This document shows, piece after piece, positions 19,584-29,278 of a stretch of 32,000 nucleotides of DNA (position 1 is the stretch's first letter; each line of letters starts with the position of its first letter). The stretch is from Bacillus subtilis subsp. subtilis str. 168 (GTDB lineage Bacteria > Bacillota > Bacilli > Bacillales > Bacillaceae). The notes below the pieces were generated by a model, which had not been told where the DNA came from, searched no databases, and saw only the letters and a program-made list of their open reading frames with translations. The stretch spans positions 1,410,001 to 1,442,000 of the forward strand of contig NC_000964.3 in the NCBI RefSeq assembly GCF_000009045.1. The letters are read 5' to 3'. The position numbers and the translations under genes are program-made.

Positions 19584-20120
19584 ATGGCTACAATTCGAAT
19601 TCATGATGAGGCAAATACAACGATTGAAAATCAAGAGGAAGTGGCAAGCTTTCTGGACAGTCAAGAGGTTATTTATGAGCAATGGGATATCACGAGGCTT
19701 CCGGAACATCTCTCAGAGAAATATGACCTGACAGAAGAAGAAAAACAGCAAATTCTTGATACCTTCGAAACTGAAATTAAAGATATCTCAACCCGCCGCG
19801 GCTATAAAGCACAGGATGTTATTTCATTGTCAGACAGCAATCCGAAACTTGATGAACTGCTTGAAAACTTTAAAAGAGAGCATCACCATACAGACGATGA
19901 GGTTCGTTTTATTGTAAGCGGACACGGTATTTTTGTCATTCAAGGCCAGGACGGCACGTTTTTTGATGTCCGTTTAAACCCTGGAGATTTAATCTCCGTG
20001 CCTGAGAATATCCGCCATTACTTCACGCTTCAGGAGGACCGCAAAGTTGTCGCGGTGAGAATTTTTGTCACAACTGAAGGCTGGGTTCCTATTTATGAAA
20101 AAGACAGCGTGAATCAATAA
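19584..20120 (+). CDS. mtnD: Acireductone dioxygenase (ARD cupin).
   Basis: Cupin metal ligands HHHTDDEVRF ... NIRHYF. SD AAAGGAGG. Confidence 0.95.
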   Translation: MATIRIHDEANTTIENQEEVASFLDSQEVIYEQWDITRLPEHLSEKYDLTEEEKQQILDTFETEIKDISTRRGYKAQDVISLSDSNPKLDELLENFKREHHHTDDEVRFIVSGHGIFVIQGQDGTFFDVRLNPGDLISVPENIRHYFTLQEDRKVVAVRIFVTTEGWVPIYEKDSVNQ

Positions 20121-20129
20121 GCGTGAGAT

Positions 20130-20156
20130 AGCCCCGTTCATCGAACGGGGCTTTTT
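20130..20156 (+). terminator. Intrinsic terminator of the mtnWXBD operon.
   Basis: AGCCCCGTT-catcg-AACGGGGCT followed by T5. Confidence 0.8.
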
Positions 20157-20160
20157 ATAT

Positions 20161-20481
20161 TTATTGCAAACGCCACTTTTCATATTGTGACAGTTCTTTT
20201 TTAATCAGTGTCCAAATCAAACCTAAAACAGCTGCATCGTCAATGAATCCAAGACCGAGGATTACGTCTGGAATGATATCGAGCGGCATGACGATATACA
20301 GGATTGCGGCAGTTAACAGCAAAAGTGTTTTAACCTGTGAACGAGGGTAGTCGCCATTTCGCCAATCGCGAAGCATCTGAAAAAAAGTAGTGATGTGCTG
20401 GATACATTTTTTTCGGTTTTTCCTCTTTAAAATCGCTTTTCCGCCTGCCGCTCCGAGCATTATTGCTTTCTTTTTCTTCAT
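20161..20481 (-). CDS. ykvA: Small DUF1232-type membrane protein (106 aa; start MKKKKAIMLG).
   Basis: GGAGG SD 8 nt before ATG 20481. DIIPDxxxxxGFxDD motif typical of DUF1232. Confidence 0.8.
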   Translation of the reverse strand: MKKKKAIMLGAAGGKAILKRKNRKKCIQHITTFFQMLRDWRNGDYPRSQVKTLLLLTAAILYIVMPLDIIPDVILGLGFIDDAAVLGLIWTLIKKELSQYEKWRLQ

Positions 20482-20683
20482 TGGGCATACCTCCTGCCTG
20501 GCGGCGTGTTTAAGATATTCTTCACCTGGGTATTGTTCTTCTAATCCTATCAATATATCTATTATACCTGAAAAATTAACTTATTTAATGAAAATATGTT
20601 TACAAATAAAGTATAATCTGTAATAATGCACAATAACCCAATCAAACTTGTTTCCTATTTCTTAGCGGCGAGGGGTGAAGTGA

Positions 20684-20941
20684 ATGGGCGGTTCTTCTGA
20701 ACAAGAAAGATTGTTGGTGTCTATTGATGAAAAAAGAAAGTTAATGATAGATGCCGCTAGAAAGCAGGGATTTACAGGGCATGACACGATCAGGCACAGT
20801 CAGGAGCTGGATTGTTTAATAAATGAATATCATCAGCTTATGCAAGAAAACGAACATTCCCAAGGGATTCAAGGCCTTGTAAAGAAATTAGGCTTGTGGC
20901 CCCGCAGAGATGTTATGCCAGCATATGATGCAAATAAATAG
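20684..20941 (+). CDS. spo0E: Spo0A~P-specific aspartyl-phosphate phosphatase Spo0E.
   Basis: 85 aa with the SQELD motif (RHSQELDCLINEYH). SD GAGGGGTGAAG. Confidence 0.93.
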   Translation: MGGSSEQERLLVSIDEKRKLMIDAARKQGFTGHDTIRHSQELDCLINEYHQLMQENEHSQGIQGLVKKLGLWPRRDVMPAYDANK

Positions 20942-20964
20942 CGGCCTATCAGATGCATATATAA

Positions 20965-20997
20965 AGAGAGAGCTTTTCGGAAGCGCTCTTTTTTTCT
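20965..20997 (+). terminator. Intrinsic terminator of spo0E.
   Basis: AGAGAGCTT-ttcgg-AAGCGCTCT (one mismatch) followed by T7. Confidence 0.7.
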
Positions 20998-21026
20998 GGA
21001 AAAAATTCATATGAAAGAGGGAACTA

Positions 21027-21458
21027 ATGAAGGAACTGGCGATTCTCATTACCGAAATGGTCAATCAATTTCATGATGCTTTTATTTCCTTATGCGGAAT
21101 ATTTGGCATTCATTTAACTGACAAAGAAATGCATTTTTGGGTGATCGGCATTTTTGGCATATTCTTTTTCGGCGTCACTCACGCTGTGTTTACATGGCTT
21201 TCTAAATGGAGTATGACAGCCTTGTCCTTTATCTATACCGTTACAGTCATCATTGTCATCGTATTTGCGATTGAGATTCAGCAAAAGGTGACGGGGAGAG
21301 GGAATATGGAGTTTTTAGATGCCACGGAAGGTATAAAGGGTTTTTTAGTATTTTTTATGTTTTTTTTGCTTTTGAAAATGCTGTTGCGTTTCATCAAAAT
21401 CCTTTTTTCTGGAAGACCAGCAAGCAAATCGAATGGCAATGCCCGATCACGAAGATAA
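21027..21458 (+). CDS. eag: Small polytopic membrane protein of unknown function.
   Basis: 143 aa with 3-4 hydrophobic helices. SD AAAGAGGGA. Position downstream of spo0E. Confidence 0.8.
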
Positions 21459-21487
21459 AAAACCCTCCTGACATGGTCAGGGGGGCT
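21456..21487. terminator. Bidirectional terminator between eag (+) and kinD (-).
   Basis: A-run plus CCCTCCTGAC-atg-GTCAGGGGGG. It overlaps both stop codons. Confidence 0.7.
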
Positions 21488-23006
21488 ATGATGCGGATAC
21501 GGGGAGGGTGATCGTCACCTCTGTGCCTCTTCGCACTTCACTTTCAATATGAATAGAGCCTCCGTACATCAGCACGATCCGTTTACAAACAACAAGGCCG
21601 AGACCGGTTCCTTTTTCTTTAGAAGTAACAAAGGGAAGGAAGATGTGATCCAGCATTTCCTGAGAAATCCCTTCACCGTTATCCACAACTTTGATTATGG
21701 CTTTTTTATCTAAAGCTCCTAGGGAGATCGTCAGTTTGCCTCCTTCAGGCATTGACTCGAGGCCATTTTTTGCTACATTTAAAATCACTTGTTTAATATG
21801 ATCTTTTGTACATTTTACGAGTAAGGGCTGCTCGGTTAGATACTGTAATTCGACTTCAACATTGTATAGATTGCCCTCAGAATAAATGATCGGCATAATT
21901 TCTCCGATAATGTCCTGAAGTGAGTTCAGCTCCCATTTTTCAGCTGTCGGCTTGCCGAGAACGAGAAACTCACTCACTATTTGATTGATGCGCTTTATCT
22001 CCTGTTCGATAATGGAGAAGTAAAGCTGATCTTCCTCACCTTTATATTTCTTTTGCAACAGCTGAATAAAGCCGCTTATCCCGGTGAGGGGGTTACGGAT
22101 TTCATGGGCTGTGCTGGCAGCAAGCGTCCCGATCAGCTCTAATTTTTGCGCCTCGTTTTCTGAGCGCTCCAGCTGGGTCTGCCGCTTCAGCAAATAATAC
22201 AGCACGAGAATAAAAAGGATATTCAGCAGAACAATAATACATGAAAGCGGAAGCACAAGGCTTTTCGACAGTTCTTCTATTGTGACCGGGTTCGGATAGA
22301 CTTTCATATTCCAGCTGATATCATCCAGATATCCGCTGACAGGTTTCTGATCCTCTGCATGAGAGGCTTGTCCGCTCGCAAAAATCATTTTCCCGTCTTG
22401 GTTCACAACTTCAATATAAACATCAGGGCTTAGTAAGTTAATGAGATTTTTCAAATAATCAATTTGAATAGCTGCGACAAGATAATCTGTCACATTACGT
22501 TTTGAGTCCAAAACAGGCACACAAATTGTGAAAATTGGCTGACCAGTAATTCTGCTCGAATAACTATCTGAAATGACTGTCTTTTTAGTTTCCTTTGCTT
22601 TTATAAAAAAAGATCTGTCGGCCAGGTTTACTTTCGTTTTTAATTCGGTTGTGCTTGCGGTGACGTCTCCTTTGGCATTGAGAAAATAGAGACCGGAAAA
22701 TCTCGGCTCTGAATCAAAGGTCTTTTCCAAAATTGATTGCATTTTCTTTATATCAACCGGTCTGTCGATGGCGATGGACAAGGAGGTCATTCTCGCCATT
22801 GTTTCTCCGATTAAATAATTGATTTTGTTGCGGTGAAGGTTTAGCAGGACACTTGCTTCTTGTTTATGTTCTGCAGCTATTGTATCTTTTTCTTTTTCAT
22901 ATACGAAAAAGCTGATGACGATTGCCGGAATCACGACCAGTATGATATAAAGTTTGACTCTCCCGCAGGCGCCTTTTAGTATTTTCAATTTGCATCGCTC
23001 CAACAT
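21486..23006 (-). CDS. kinD: Membrane sensor histidine kinase KinD. Two TM helices flank an extracytoplasmic Cache-like domain.
   Basis: 506 aa. H-box HEIRNPLTGISG, N box NGLESMP, and G boxes DNGEGI and GTGLGL. Confidence 0.93.
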   Translation of the reverse strand: MLERCKLKILKGACGRVKLYIILVVIPAIVISFFVYEKEKDTIAAEHKQEASVLLNLHRNKINYLIGETMARMTSLSIAIDRPVDIKKMQSILEKTFDSEPRFSGLYFLNAKGDVTASTTELKTKVNLADRSFFIKAKETKKTVISDSYSSRITGQPIFTICVPVLDSKRNVTDYLVAAIQIDYLKNLINLLSPDVYIEVVNQDGKMIFASGQASHAEDQKPVSGYLDDISWNMKVYPNPVTIEELSKSLVLPLSCIIVLLNILFILVLYYLLKRQTQLERSENEAQKLELIGTLAASTAHEIRNPLTGISGFIQLLQKKYKGEEDQLYFSIIEQEIKRINQIVSEFLVLGKPTAEKWELNSLQDIIGEIMPIIYSEGNLYNVEVELQYLTEQPLLVKCTKDHIKQVILNVAKNGLESMPEGGKLTISLGALDKKAIIKVVDNGEGISQEMLDHIFLPFVTSKEKGTGLGLVVCKRIVLMYGGSIHIESEVRRGTEVTITLPVSAS

Positions 23007-23134
23007 ACACCTGATTAGAGGTATTATATCATTGTTTCTTCTTCTTTAATAAGAAAAAATAACCAAAAAAATTAGAAAAAGATGTTGGCAAGCTTACATT
23101 TTAAAAAAGAAGAGAAATATTGGAAAGATTTTTA

Positions 23135-23163
23135 TTGACATTTTGGTCTTTGTTTATTAATGT
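23135..23163 (+). promoter_or_regulatory. Candidate sigma-A promoter of mhqR (TTGACA-N17-TAATGT).
   Basis: Perfect -35 at 23135-23140 and a 4/6 -10 at 23158-23163. Confidence 0.45.
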
Positions 23164-23198
23164 TTCTCTGTAACGGTTTCTAAAAGGATGATTGAGAC

Positions 23199-23636
23199 AT
23201 GACAGAAAAATCACTGAAGTTATTTATCGTGCTGTCGCGCGCGTATCGGTCTATTAACGATCATATGAATAAGCATATTCATAAGCATGGGCTGAATCCG
23301 ACTGAATTTGCTGTGCTAGAGCTTTTGTACCATAAAGGCGATCAGCCGCTGCAGCAGATAGGAGATAAAATTCTCTTGGCTAGCGGGAGCATCACATACG
23401 TTGTAGATAAGCTGGAGCAAAAAGAACTTCTCATTCGGAAAGCGTCTCCTACAGACAGACGAGTGACATTTGCGCAAATTACTGAAAAAGGCATCGGTCT
23501 TTTGAACGATATTTTCCCTGATCACGCTGCTGAAATTGATGAAATGATCAGCGTATTAAGCGAAGAAGAGGTAGAGATGTGCACCGAAATGTTAAAAAGA
23601 GTAGGATTAAACGCAAAACAGTTTCATAATAAGTAA
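23199..23636 (+). CDS. mhqR: MarR-family repressor (quinone/aromatic stress regulon).
   Basis: 145 aa with a winged-HTH MarR pattern (LNPTEFAVLELLYHKGDQPLQQIGDKILLASGSITYVVDKLE...DRR). Confidence 0.9.
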   Translation: MTEKSLKLFIVLSRAYRSINDHMNKHIHKHGLNPTEFAVLELLYHKGDQPLQQIGDKILLASGSITYVVDKLEQKELLIRKASPTDRRVTFAQITEKGIGLLNDIFPDHAAEIDEMISVLSEEEVEMCTEMLKRVGLNAKQFHNK

Positions 23637-23674
23637 AAAAAGGAAGCCTGATATGTCACAAGGCTTCCTTTTTT
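23635..23674. terminator. Bidirectional terminator between mhqR (+) and motB (-).
   Basis: A6, then AGGAAGCCT-gatatgtcaca-AGGCTTCCT, then T5. Confidence 0.8.
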
Positions 23675-23675
23675 G

Positions 23676-24461
23676 CTATTTTTCATTTGTTTCCGCTGCG
23701 CCTCTCGGCAAAATGAGAACTTCAACCCGCCGGTTTTTGCTTCGGCCTTCCGCAGTTTTATTGGAAGCCACCGGTTTATACTCGCCATAACCCTTGGCGC
23801 TGAACACTTTTGCATCGAGCTTGGGGTTTTCAATCAGGAGCCCCATAAAGTTTACCGCTCTCATGACGCTTAAATGCCAGTTTGATTGGAATTCAGAATT
23901 TTTAATTGGCATATTATCAGTATGTCCGCTGATAATGATATTTCTTGGCGGGTTAATCACAAGAAGATTTGAAATCTCTTTTGCAAGCGGCACATCTTCC
24001 TTACGGATGGTCGCTTTTCCAGAATCGAAGAAGATGCTGTCTTTAATCGTAATCAGAAGGCCTTCACTAGTCATCTTCGTCTCCAGCTGATGTTCCAGCT
24101 TTTTATCTTTGATGAACTTTTCCACCTGGCTCTTCACATTTTCAAGTTCTTCTTGATCAGCTGCTTTTTCTTTTTCTTTCTTGTTTTTCTCTTTCTCTTC
24201 TTTTTCCTTTTTCACTTCATCGATGCCGTCTGACTCGTTTTCAGGAGGAGTGACACTGGAGTAGTCCAGTACACCGGTTCCGCCTGTAAAAACTTCATTA
24301 AATGATTTTGAGAGCATTTGAAACTTAGCTGCGTCAATCGAGCTGCTCGCGTACAGCACAATAAACAATGCCAGGAGAAGAGTAAGGATGTCGGCGTAAG
24401 GAACGAGCCATGATTCATCAACGTGCTCGTCCTCATGCTTCTTCTTCTTTTTTCTCGCCAT
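23676..24461 (-). CDS. motB: Flagellar stator protein MotB (261 aa; start MARKKKKKHEDEH).
   Basis: N-terminal TM with the conserved Asp (YADILTLLLALF). C-terminal OmpA-like peptidoglycan-binding domain (SKNRRVEVLI). SD AAGGAGAGG. Confidence 0.93.
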   Translation of the reverse strand: MARKKKKKHEDEHVDESWLVPYADILTLLLALFIVLYASSSIDAAKFQMLSKSFNEVFTGGTGVLDYSSVTPPENESDGIDEVKKEKEEKEKNKKEKEKAADQEELENVKSQVEKFIKDKKLEHQLETKMTSEGLLITIKDSIFFDSGKATIRKEDVPLAKEISNLLVINPPRNIIISGHTDNMPIKNSEFQSNWHLSVMRAVNFMGLLIENPKLDAKVFSAKGYGEYKPVASNKTAEGRSKNRRVEVLILPRGAAETNEK

Positions 24462-25245
24462 TTTGCGCCTCTCCTTGTTCTGCAAATTTCAAGCGGTCCT
24501 TCGCAGGAAGATACATTAAAAGCTTTTGTTCGATGACTTTCGGTGCTTGTCCTTCTAAAACGGATAAAACACCTTCAATCATGACCTCACGCAGTTTTAC
24601 TTCCTGTTTTGATTTTCGTTTTAATTTATTTGCGAAAGGATGCCATAACACATACCCTGTAAAGATACCGAGAAGTGTGGCAACAAAGGCAGCACTGATG
24701 GCGTGTCCAAGCTCATCTGTGTTATCCATATGAGAGAGAGCGGCAATCAGCCCGATTACAGCGCCGAGTACTCCAAGTGTCGGAGCGTACGTTCCTGCTT
24801 GTGTAAAAATAGCGGCTCCTGCTTGGTGCCTGTCCTCCATTGCTTCGACTTCCTCTGTCATAATATCTCTTATAAATTCCGCGCTTTGCCCGTCAACAGC
24901 CATGCTGAGCCCGTTTTTCAAGAAAGCATCATCTACATCCTCAATGCTTGCTTCTAAAGCAAGCAGACCTTCGCGGCGTGCAAGCTGAGCCCATTCAGAG
25001 AACATAGGAATGAGTTCCTCTATTGTGAGCTGTTTATTTTCCTTAAATAACACTCGAAACAGCGTAGGCACTTTTTTAATTTCTTTTGTTGGGAACGCAA
25101 TAACGACTGCTGAGATTGTCCCGGCGATAATAATTAAAATGGCAGCGGGGTTTGCAAGGGCGCTGAAACTGACGCCTTTCAGAACCATCCCGACGCTCAA
25201 TGCCACAAAAGCAAGAATAATACCGATTAACGAAGTTTTATCCAT
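24433..25245 (-). CDS. motA: Flagellar stator proton-channel protein MotA (270 aa; start MDKTSLIG).
   Basis: MotA/ExbB family helices. The 3' end overlaps the motB start by 29 nt. Confidence 0.93.
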   Translation of the reverse strand: MDKTSLIGIILAFVALSVGMVLKGVSFSALANPAAILIIIAGTISAVVIAFPTKEIKKVPTLFRVLFKENKQLTIEELIPMFSEWAQLARREGLLALEASIEDVDDAFLKNGLSMAVDGQSAEFIRDIMTEEVEAMEDRHQAGAAIFTQAGTYAPTLGVLGAVIGLIAALSHMDNTDELGHAISAAFVATLLGIFTGYVLWHPFANKLKRKSKQEVKLREVMIEGVLSVLEGQAPKVIEQKLLMYLPAKDRLKFAEQGEAQNGEKKEEEA

Positions 25246-25286
25246 AGTTTTCACCAAATCCTTTTTTACTAGCTTGTCTATGGTTA

Positions 25287-25313
25287 ATATCGGTTTTGGT
25301 GCCCGGAACTTTA
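25287..25313 (-). promoter_or_regulatory. Sigma-D promoter of motAB.
   Basis: Minus strand TAAA-N15-ACCGATAT (consensus TAAA-N15-GCCGATAT), about 40 nt upstream of the motA ATG. Confidence 0.7.
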
Positions 25314-25419
25314 GGGACATTGTGAATTTGTTCATGAAATATTCAAGGAAGAGGCATAGAAGGGAGAAATAAACAAAAACGGGCTCTCCAAAATTGAAAA
25401 GCCCGGGGGTCTACTGAAA

Positions 25420-25497
25420 TTAGCAGCTTGCTTGCAAGCTGTCCTTCAGATGGTATTCATATAATAGTAGAAATACATATTCACTGTATATAAACAT
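25420..25497 (-). CDS. Candidate 25-aa micro-ORF (MFIYSEYVFLLLYEYHLKDSLQASC) in the clpE-motA spacer.
   Basis: AAGGAGGG SD 7 nt before ATG 25497. No recognisable promoter and no homology support. Confidence 0.25.
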   Translation of the reverse strand: MFIYSEYVFLLLYEYHLKDSLQASC

Positions 25498-25590
25498 GTT
25501 CCATCCCTCCTTAAAAAAGTGTAAAGGATGAAGGGAAGTAGCGCTTCAGGAGAAGGGACGGTAATTTCTAAGTCAAGAGTATGAAAGTAT

Positions 25591-25622
25591 AAAAAAAAGC
25601 GGCTTCCTAAAAGGAAACCGCT
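25591..25622 (-). terminator. Intrinsic terminator of clpE.
   Basis: Minus strand AGCGGTTTCC-tttta-GGAAGCCGCT followed by T8. Confidence 0.75.
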
Positions 25623-25627
25623 GATTG

Positions 25628-27727
25628 TTATTTTGCTCGCACTTTGATTTTATCATCTTCTAAAATCACGTGAAAACTTGTGATCTCGCCATTATCAAGC
25701 AGCAGATCGGTCATTTCATCCTCAACCCATTCTTGGATGGTTCTTCTAAGCGGACGTGCACCGAATGAAGGGTGGTAGCCCAGCTCAGCGATTTTTTCTT
25801 TCGCTTCATCTGTCACATTCAAGCTAATGCCCCGTTCCGCCAATGTTTCTTCAAGTTCTCCAAGAAGAAGGCTGACGATTTTGACAAGATGTTCTTTTTC
25901 CAATGAGCGGAACTCAATAATGCTGTCAAAACGGTTGAGGAACTCAGGTTTAAAGAACATGCTCAGTGAATCAATTAATGTTTGTTCTTCGATGACACTG
26001 TCATCTGATTGGAAACCGACTTTCGTTTGTTTCTCACCAGCACCCGCATTACTTGTCATGATGATCACAGTGTCTTTGAAGCTTACAGTTCTGCCTTGGC
26101 TGTCTGTCAGACGGCCATCTTCCATAATTTGCAGGAACATATGCTGAACGTCTGGGTGTGCTTTTTCAATCTCATCCAGCAACACAATGCTGTAAGGATT
26201 GCGGCGCACCTTCTCAGTTAATTGTCCAGCTTCCTCATGGCCGACATATCCAGGCGGTGAACCGATAATTTTAGATACGGCGTGTTTCTCCATGTATTCG
26301 CTCATATCGAGTCGGATAATAGCGTCTTTTGTGCCGAATAATTCATCTGCCAGTGTTTTAGAAAGCTCTGTTTTCCCTACGCCGGTAGGACCGACGAAGA
26401 GGAAGGAGCCGACTGGTCTGTTTTTGGATTTTAATCCGGCGCGGCTTCGTCTTACCGCTTTTGCCACTTTTTGAACAGCGGCTTCTTGTCCGATCACGCG
26501 TTCATGAAGTTTTGCTTCGAGTTCTTTCATTTTCGTTTGTTCGTCTGCCTGCAGTTTGCCGACAGGGATGCCTGTTTTTTGTTCAACAATTTCCTGAATG
26601 TGCTCAGCTTCCACAGTGACAGCGGTATGAGCGGAGGAGCTGTTCAGTTTTTTCTCCAATGCGAGTTCTTCATCACGGAGTTTTGCCGCCAGTTCGTAAT
26701 TTTCTTCTTCCAGGGCTTTTGTTTTTTCGGCTTCAATTGCAGTTAAGCGTTCAGCGGCATCCTCATCATTCAGTTCATCAATTAACAGGTTGGCTTTTGA
26801 ACCTGCTTCATCTAATAAATCAATTGCTTTATCCGGCAGGTGTCTGTCCTGAATGTAGCGGGATGATAAAGTGACACATGCTTTGATTGCTTCATCACTG
26901 AATGTTACGCCATGGTACGCCTCGTATTTGTCTTTAATCCCTTGCAGAATGAGGATAGCCTGTTCAATTGAAGGCTCCTGCACCATGACAGGCTGAAAAC
27001 GTCTTTCCAGCGCGGCATCTTTTTCGATTTGACGATATTCTTTCAGTGTTGTCGCGCCAATGACTTGCAGTTCGCCTCTGGCTAGGGCCGGTTTGAGAAT
27101 GTTGCCGGCGTCCATTGATCCTTCTGCAGAGCCTGCGCCGACGAGAAGGTGAATTTCATCAATGAACAGAATGACATTTTTTCGTTCCTTCAGCTCAGTG
27201 ATCAGCTGTTTCATTCTCTCCTCAAATTGGCCTCTGATCCCTGTGTTTGCAACAAGAGATGCAACATCAAGCAAGTATAGCTCTTTGTTTTTTAGTTTGT
27301 TTGGAACATCACCTTCAGCAATTTTTAAAGCGAGCCCTTCAGCGATGGCAGTTTTCCCTACACCCGGCTCACCAATAAGAACCGGATTGTTTTTGTTTCG
27401 GCGGTTTAGAATTTCGATCACTCGCGCCACTTCATCATCACGGCCGATGACGGGATCAATGAGACCGGCTTTTGCACCGTTTGTAATATTTTGAGCCAGC
27501 TCATCAAGCAACCCTTTTTTTTCGCTTTGTTTTGCTGCGCTCTGTTCTTTCGGCTGGAATGCCTGTTCAAACGGAAATCCGAAAGATTGAGGACCCATAC
27601 TCATTGAAGGTTTACGGGTCAGTTCGTTATAGCAAGTTTCACAAAGAACCATCTGTTTATGAACGGAATTTATTTGCATGTTAAGGCGAATCGTCGCCTC
27701 GTTTTGATGACAATGTTGACAACGCAT
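25628..27727 (-). CDS. clpE: Class-III heat-shock AAA+ ATPase ClpE with an N-terminal zinc finger (699 aa; start [11 protein letters not shown]).
   Basis: CxxC...CxxC N-terminus. Two Walker A boxes ([18 protein letters not shown]). AAGGAGG SD 9 nt before ATG 27727. The track's 37-aa extension runs into the operator region. Confidence 0.95.
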   Translation of the reverse strand: MRCQHCHQNEATIRLNMQINSVHKQMVLCETCYNELTRKPSMSMGPQSFGFPFEQAFQPKEQSAAKQSEKKGLLDELAQNITNGAKAGLIDPVIGRDDEVARVIEILNRRNKNNPVLIGEPGVGKTAIAEGLALKIAEGDVPNKLKNKELYLLDVASLVANTGIRGQFEERMKQLITELKERKNVILFIDEIHLLVGAGSAEGSMDAGNILKPALARGELQVIGATTLKEYRQIEKDAALERRFQPVMVQEPSIEQAILILQGIKDKYEAYHGVTFSDEAIKACVTLSSRYIQDRHLPDKAIDLLDEAGSKANLLIDELNDEDAAERLTAIEAEKTKALEEENYELAAKLRDEELALEKKLNSSSAHTAVTVEAEHIQEIVEQKTGIPVGKLQADEQTKMKELEAKLHERVIGQEAAVQKVAKAVRRSRAGLKSKNRPVGSFLFVGPTGVGKTELSKTLADELFGTKDAIIRLDMSEYMEKHAVSKIIGSPPGYVGHEEAGQLTEKVRRNPYSIVLLDEIEKAHPDVQHMFLQIMEDGRLTDSQGRTVSFKDTVIIMTSNAGAGEKQTKVGFQSDDSVIEEQTLIDSLSMFFKPEFLNRFDSIIEFRSLEKEHLVKIVSLLLGELEETLAERGISLNVTDEAKEKIAELGYHPSFGARPLRRTIQEWVEDEMTDLLLDNGEITSFHVILEDDKIKVRAK

Positions 27728-27750
27728 TTGCCAAAACCTCCTTAATAATT

Positions 27751-27957
27751 TGATCATCTTTGACCAATGAAAGTGAATAAAAAGGTCTATTGGGTTTGAC
27801 CTTCTTTGACTATTAGTATACGGCAAACTTAACGGCATTCAAACCAATATGCTCAAAGCAGACTGAATATTTGACTATCTTTGACCAATTGATTTTTAAA
27901 AAAGGCCGGTTTGTTTGACCAACTTTGATTAATAGTATACTCTGACTATCTTTGACT
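27751..27957 (-). promoter_or_regulatory. Array of five CtsR operators (tandem heptads, RGTCAAA-NAN-RGTCAAA on the minus strand).
   Basis: On the plus strand: TGATCATCTTTGACC (27751-27767), TTTGACCTTCTTTGACT (27795-27811) and TTTGACTATCTTTGACC (27870-27886). Also TTTGACCAACTTTGATT (27914-27930) and TCTGACTATCTTTGACT (27941-27957). Confidence 0.85.
27815..27842 (-). promoter_or_regulatory. clpE-proximal sigma-A promoter (TTGAAT-N16-TATACT).
   Basis: -10 at 27815-27820 and -35 at 27837-27842 (minus strand). A CtsR box lies immediately downstream. Confidence 0.55.
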
Positions 27958-27962
27958 TTCAA
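27934..27962 (-). promoter_or_regulatory. clpE-distal sigma-A promoter (TTGAAA-N17-TATACT).
   Basis: -10 at 27934-27939 and -35 at 27957-27962 (minus strand). One CtsR box fills the spacer and another follows the -10. Confidence 0.55.
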
Positions 27963-28091
27963 GTCTTATGCACAAAAATTTTTGATTTGTTACAAAGTAA
28001 AACATGTTTTCTTCGTCTTTTCAAGGAACTTGTCTCATAGGTTATAAAAAGGCATATATGGACAAAACTGCGGTTCGTTCGGAGGGAAGAA

Positions 28092-29135
28092 ATGGAACAA
28101 TCAAAAGGGTCTGCAAGTCAGCTTGCTTTTGTGTATGTCGGCACAGTAGTCGGAGCTGGATTTGCGACTGGGAGGGAAATTGTTGAGTTTTTTCTGAAGT
28201 TCGGCTGGTTCGGTTTTTTCGGCATTCTCGTCAGCGGCGGAATGTTTACGTTACTGGGGGCCAAGCTGATGATCATTTCAAAGCGAATCAATGCCAAGTC
28301 ATATCAAGAAATGAACATATTTTTGTTCGGGGCGACGGCTGGGCGGATTATCAATGTATTTATGCTGTTTGTTCTCCTTGGAGTTACATCTGTTATGCTT
28401 TCAGGGGCAGGGGCGCTTTTTGAGGAACAGCTGGGGATGTCCGCTCAGATTGGGATGCTCATTACAATCGGTCTGAGTTTAATTGTGATGACTAGAGGAG
28501 TAAAAGGCATTTTCGGTGTCAATGTGTTTGTTGTTCCTCTTTTAATCATCTTTTCAATGATTGTGGTGGCCGACTCTTTTATATTCAGCGAATCACGAAA
28601 CGCAGCTCAGTGGGTCTGGCCGCATCGCTGGGATTGGCTGTTATCAGCAGTTTCTTACGGGGCTTTAAATTTATCGCTTGCCCAAGCTGTTTTGGTTCCG
28701 CTGGCGAATGAAATGTCATCGGAGAAAGTGATAAAAAAAGGCGCTTTAATCGGAGGCACGATGCTGACGATTGTGCTGTCCGCGAGTTTTCTGTCTTTGT
28801 CGACTCTTCCGGATGTATTTTTGTATGATATACCGATGGCGCAAGTGGTTTATCTCTTTGCACGATCTGTCCATTTGATTTATTTACTCATTATTTTCGG
28901 AGAAGTGTTCACATCAGTTATCGGTAATCTATATGGATTAGAAAAACAAGTGCAAAGCTTTCTTCCAGTGAAAAGCAAATATATCTTTGCAGCCATTATG
29001 ATCACGGCTTATATTACGAGCCAAATAGGGTACGGCAGGCTTATTTCAACGATTTATCCCTTGTTTGGCTATGTGAGCCTGGCCTTCATAGGCGCTTTGC
29101 TTTGCAAAAAAGCTCCTCGGCGGCGCAGTTTATAA
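28092..29135 (+). CDS. ykvI: Polytopic membrane protein, YkvI family (putative transporter).
   Basis: 347 aa with about 10-11 hydrophobic helices. SD GGAGGG 7 nt before the ATG. Confidence 0.9.
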   Translation: MEQSKGSASQLAFVYVGTVVGAGFATGREIVEFFLKFGWFGFFGILVSGGMFTLLGAKLMIISKRINAKSYQEMNIFLFGATAGRIINVFMLFVLLGVTSVMLSGAGALFEEQLGMSAQIGMLITIGLSLIVMTRGVKGIFGVNVFVVPLLIIFSMIVVADSFIFSESRNAAQWVWPHRWDWLLSAVSYGALNLSLAQAVLVPLANEMSSEKVIKKGALIGGTMLTIVLSASFLSLSTLPDVFLYDIPMAQVVYLFARSVHLIYLLIIFGEVFTSVIGNLYGLEKQVQSFLPVKSKYIFAAIMITAYITSQIGYGRLISTIYPLFGYVSLAFIGALLCKKAPRRRSL

Positions 29136-29205
29136 ATATATATAATGAAACGAACCGTCACTATAGAGCGATAATTGATCTAGGAACCGGGGACTGACTT
29201 TTTTA

Positions 29206-29235
29206 TTGTCAAGAAAAACATCATTATGGTAAGAT
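29206..29235 (+). promoter_or_regulatory. Candidate sigma-A promoter of the queC leader (TTGTCA-N18-TAAGAT with an extended TG).
   Basis: TTGTCA at 29206-29211 and TGgTAAGAT at 29227-29235. Confidence 0.5.
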
Positions 29236-29278
29236 AGCAGAAGTGAAAAAATTGAAGAAAATCCGTGCGATATGCGGG

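Noticed and set aside
27728-27838. 37-codon 5' extension of clpE. Similar extensions occur for motA (25246-25335), motB, mtnK, mtnW, kinE, ykrP, ykvA, queC and queF.
   Set aside because: The extensions run into operator or promoter DNA or lack an SD. In every case an internal ATG with a well-spaced SD gives a plausible N-terminus.
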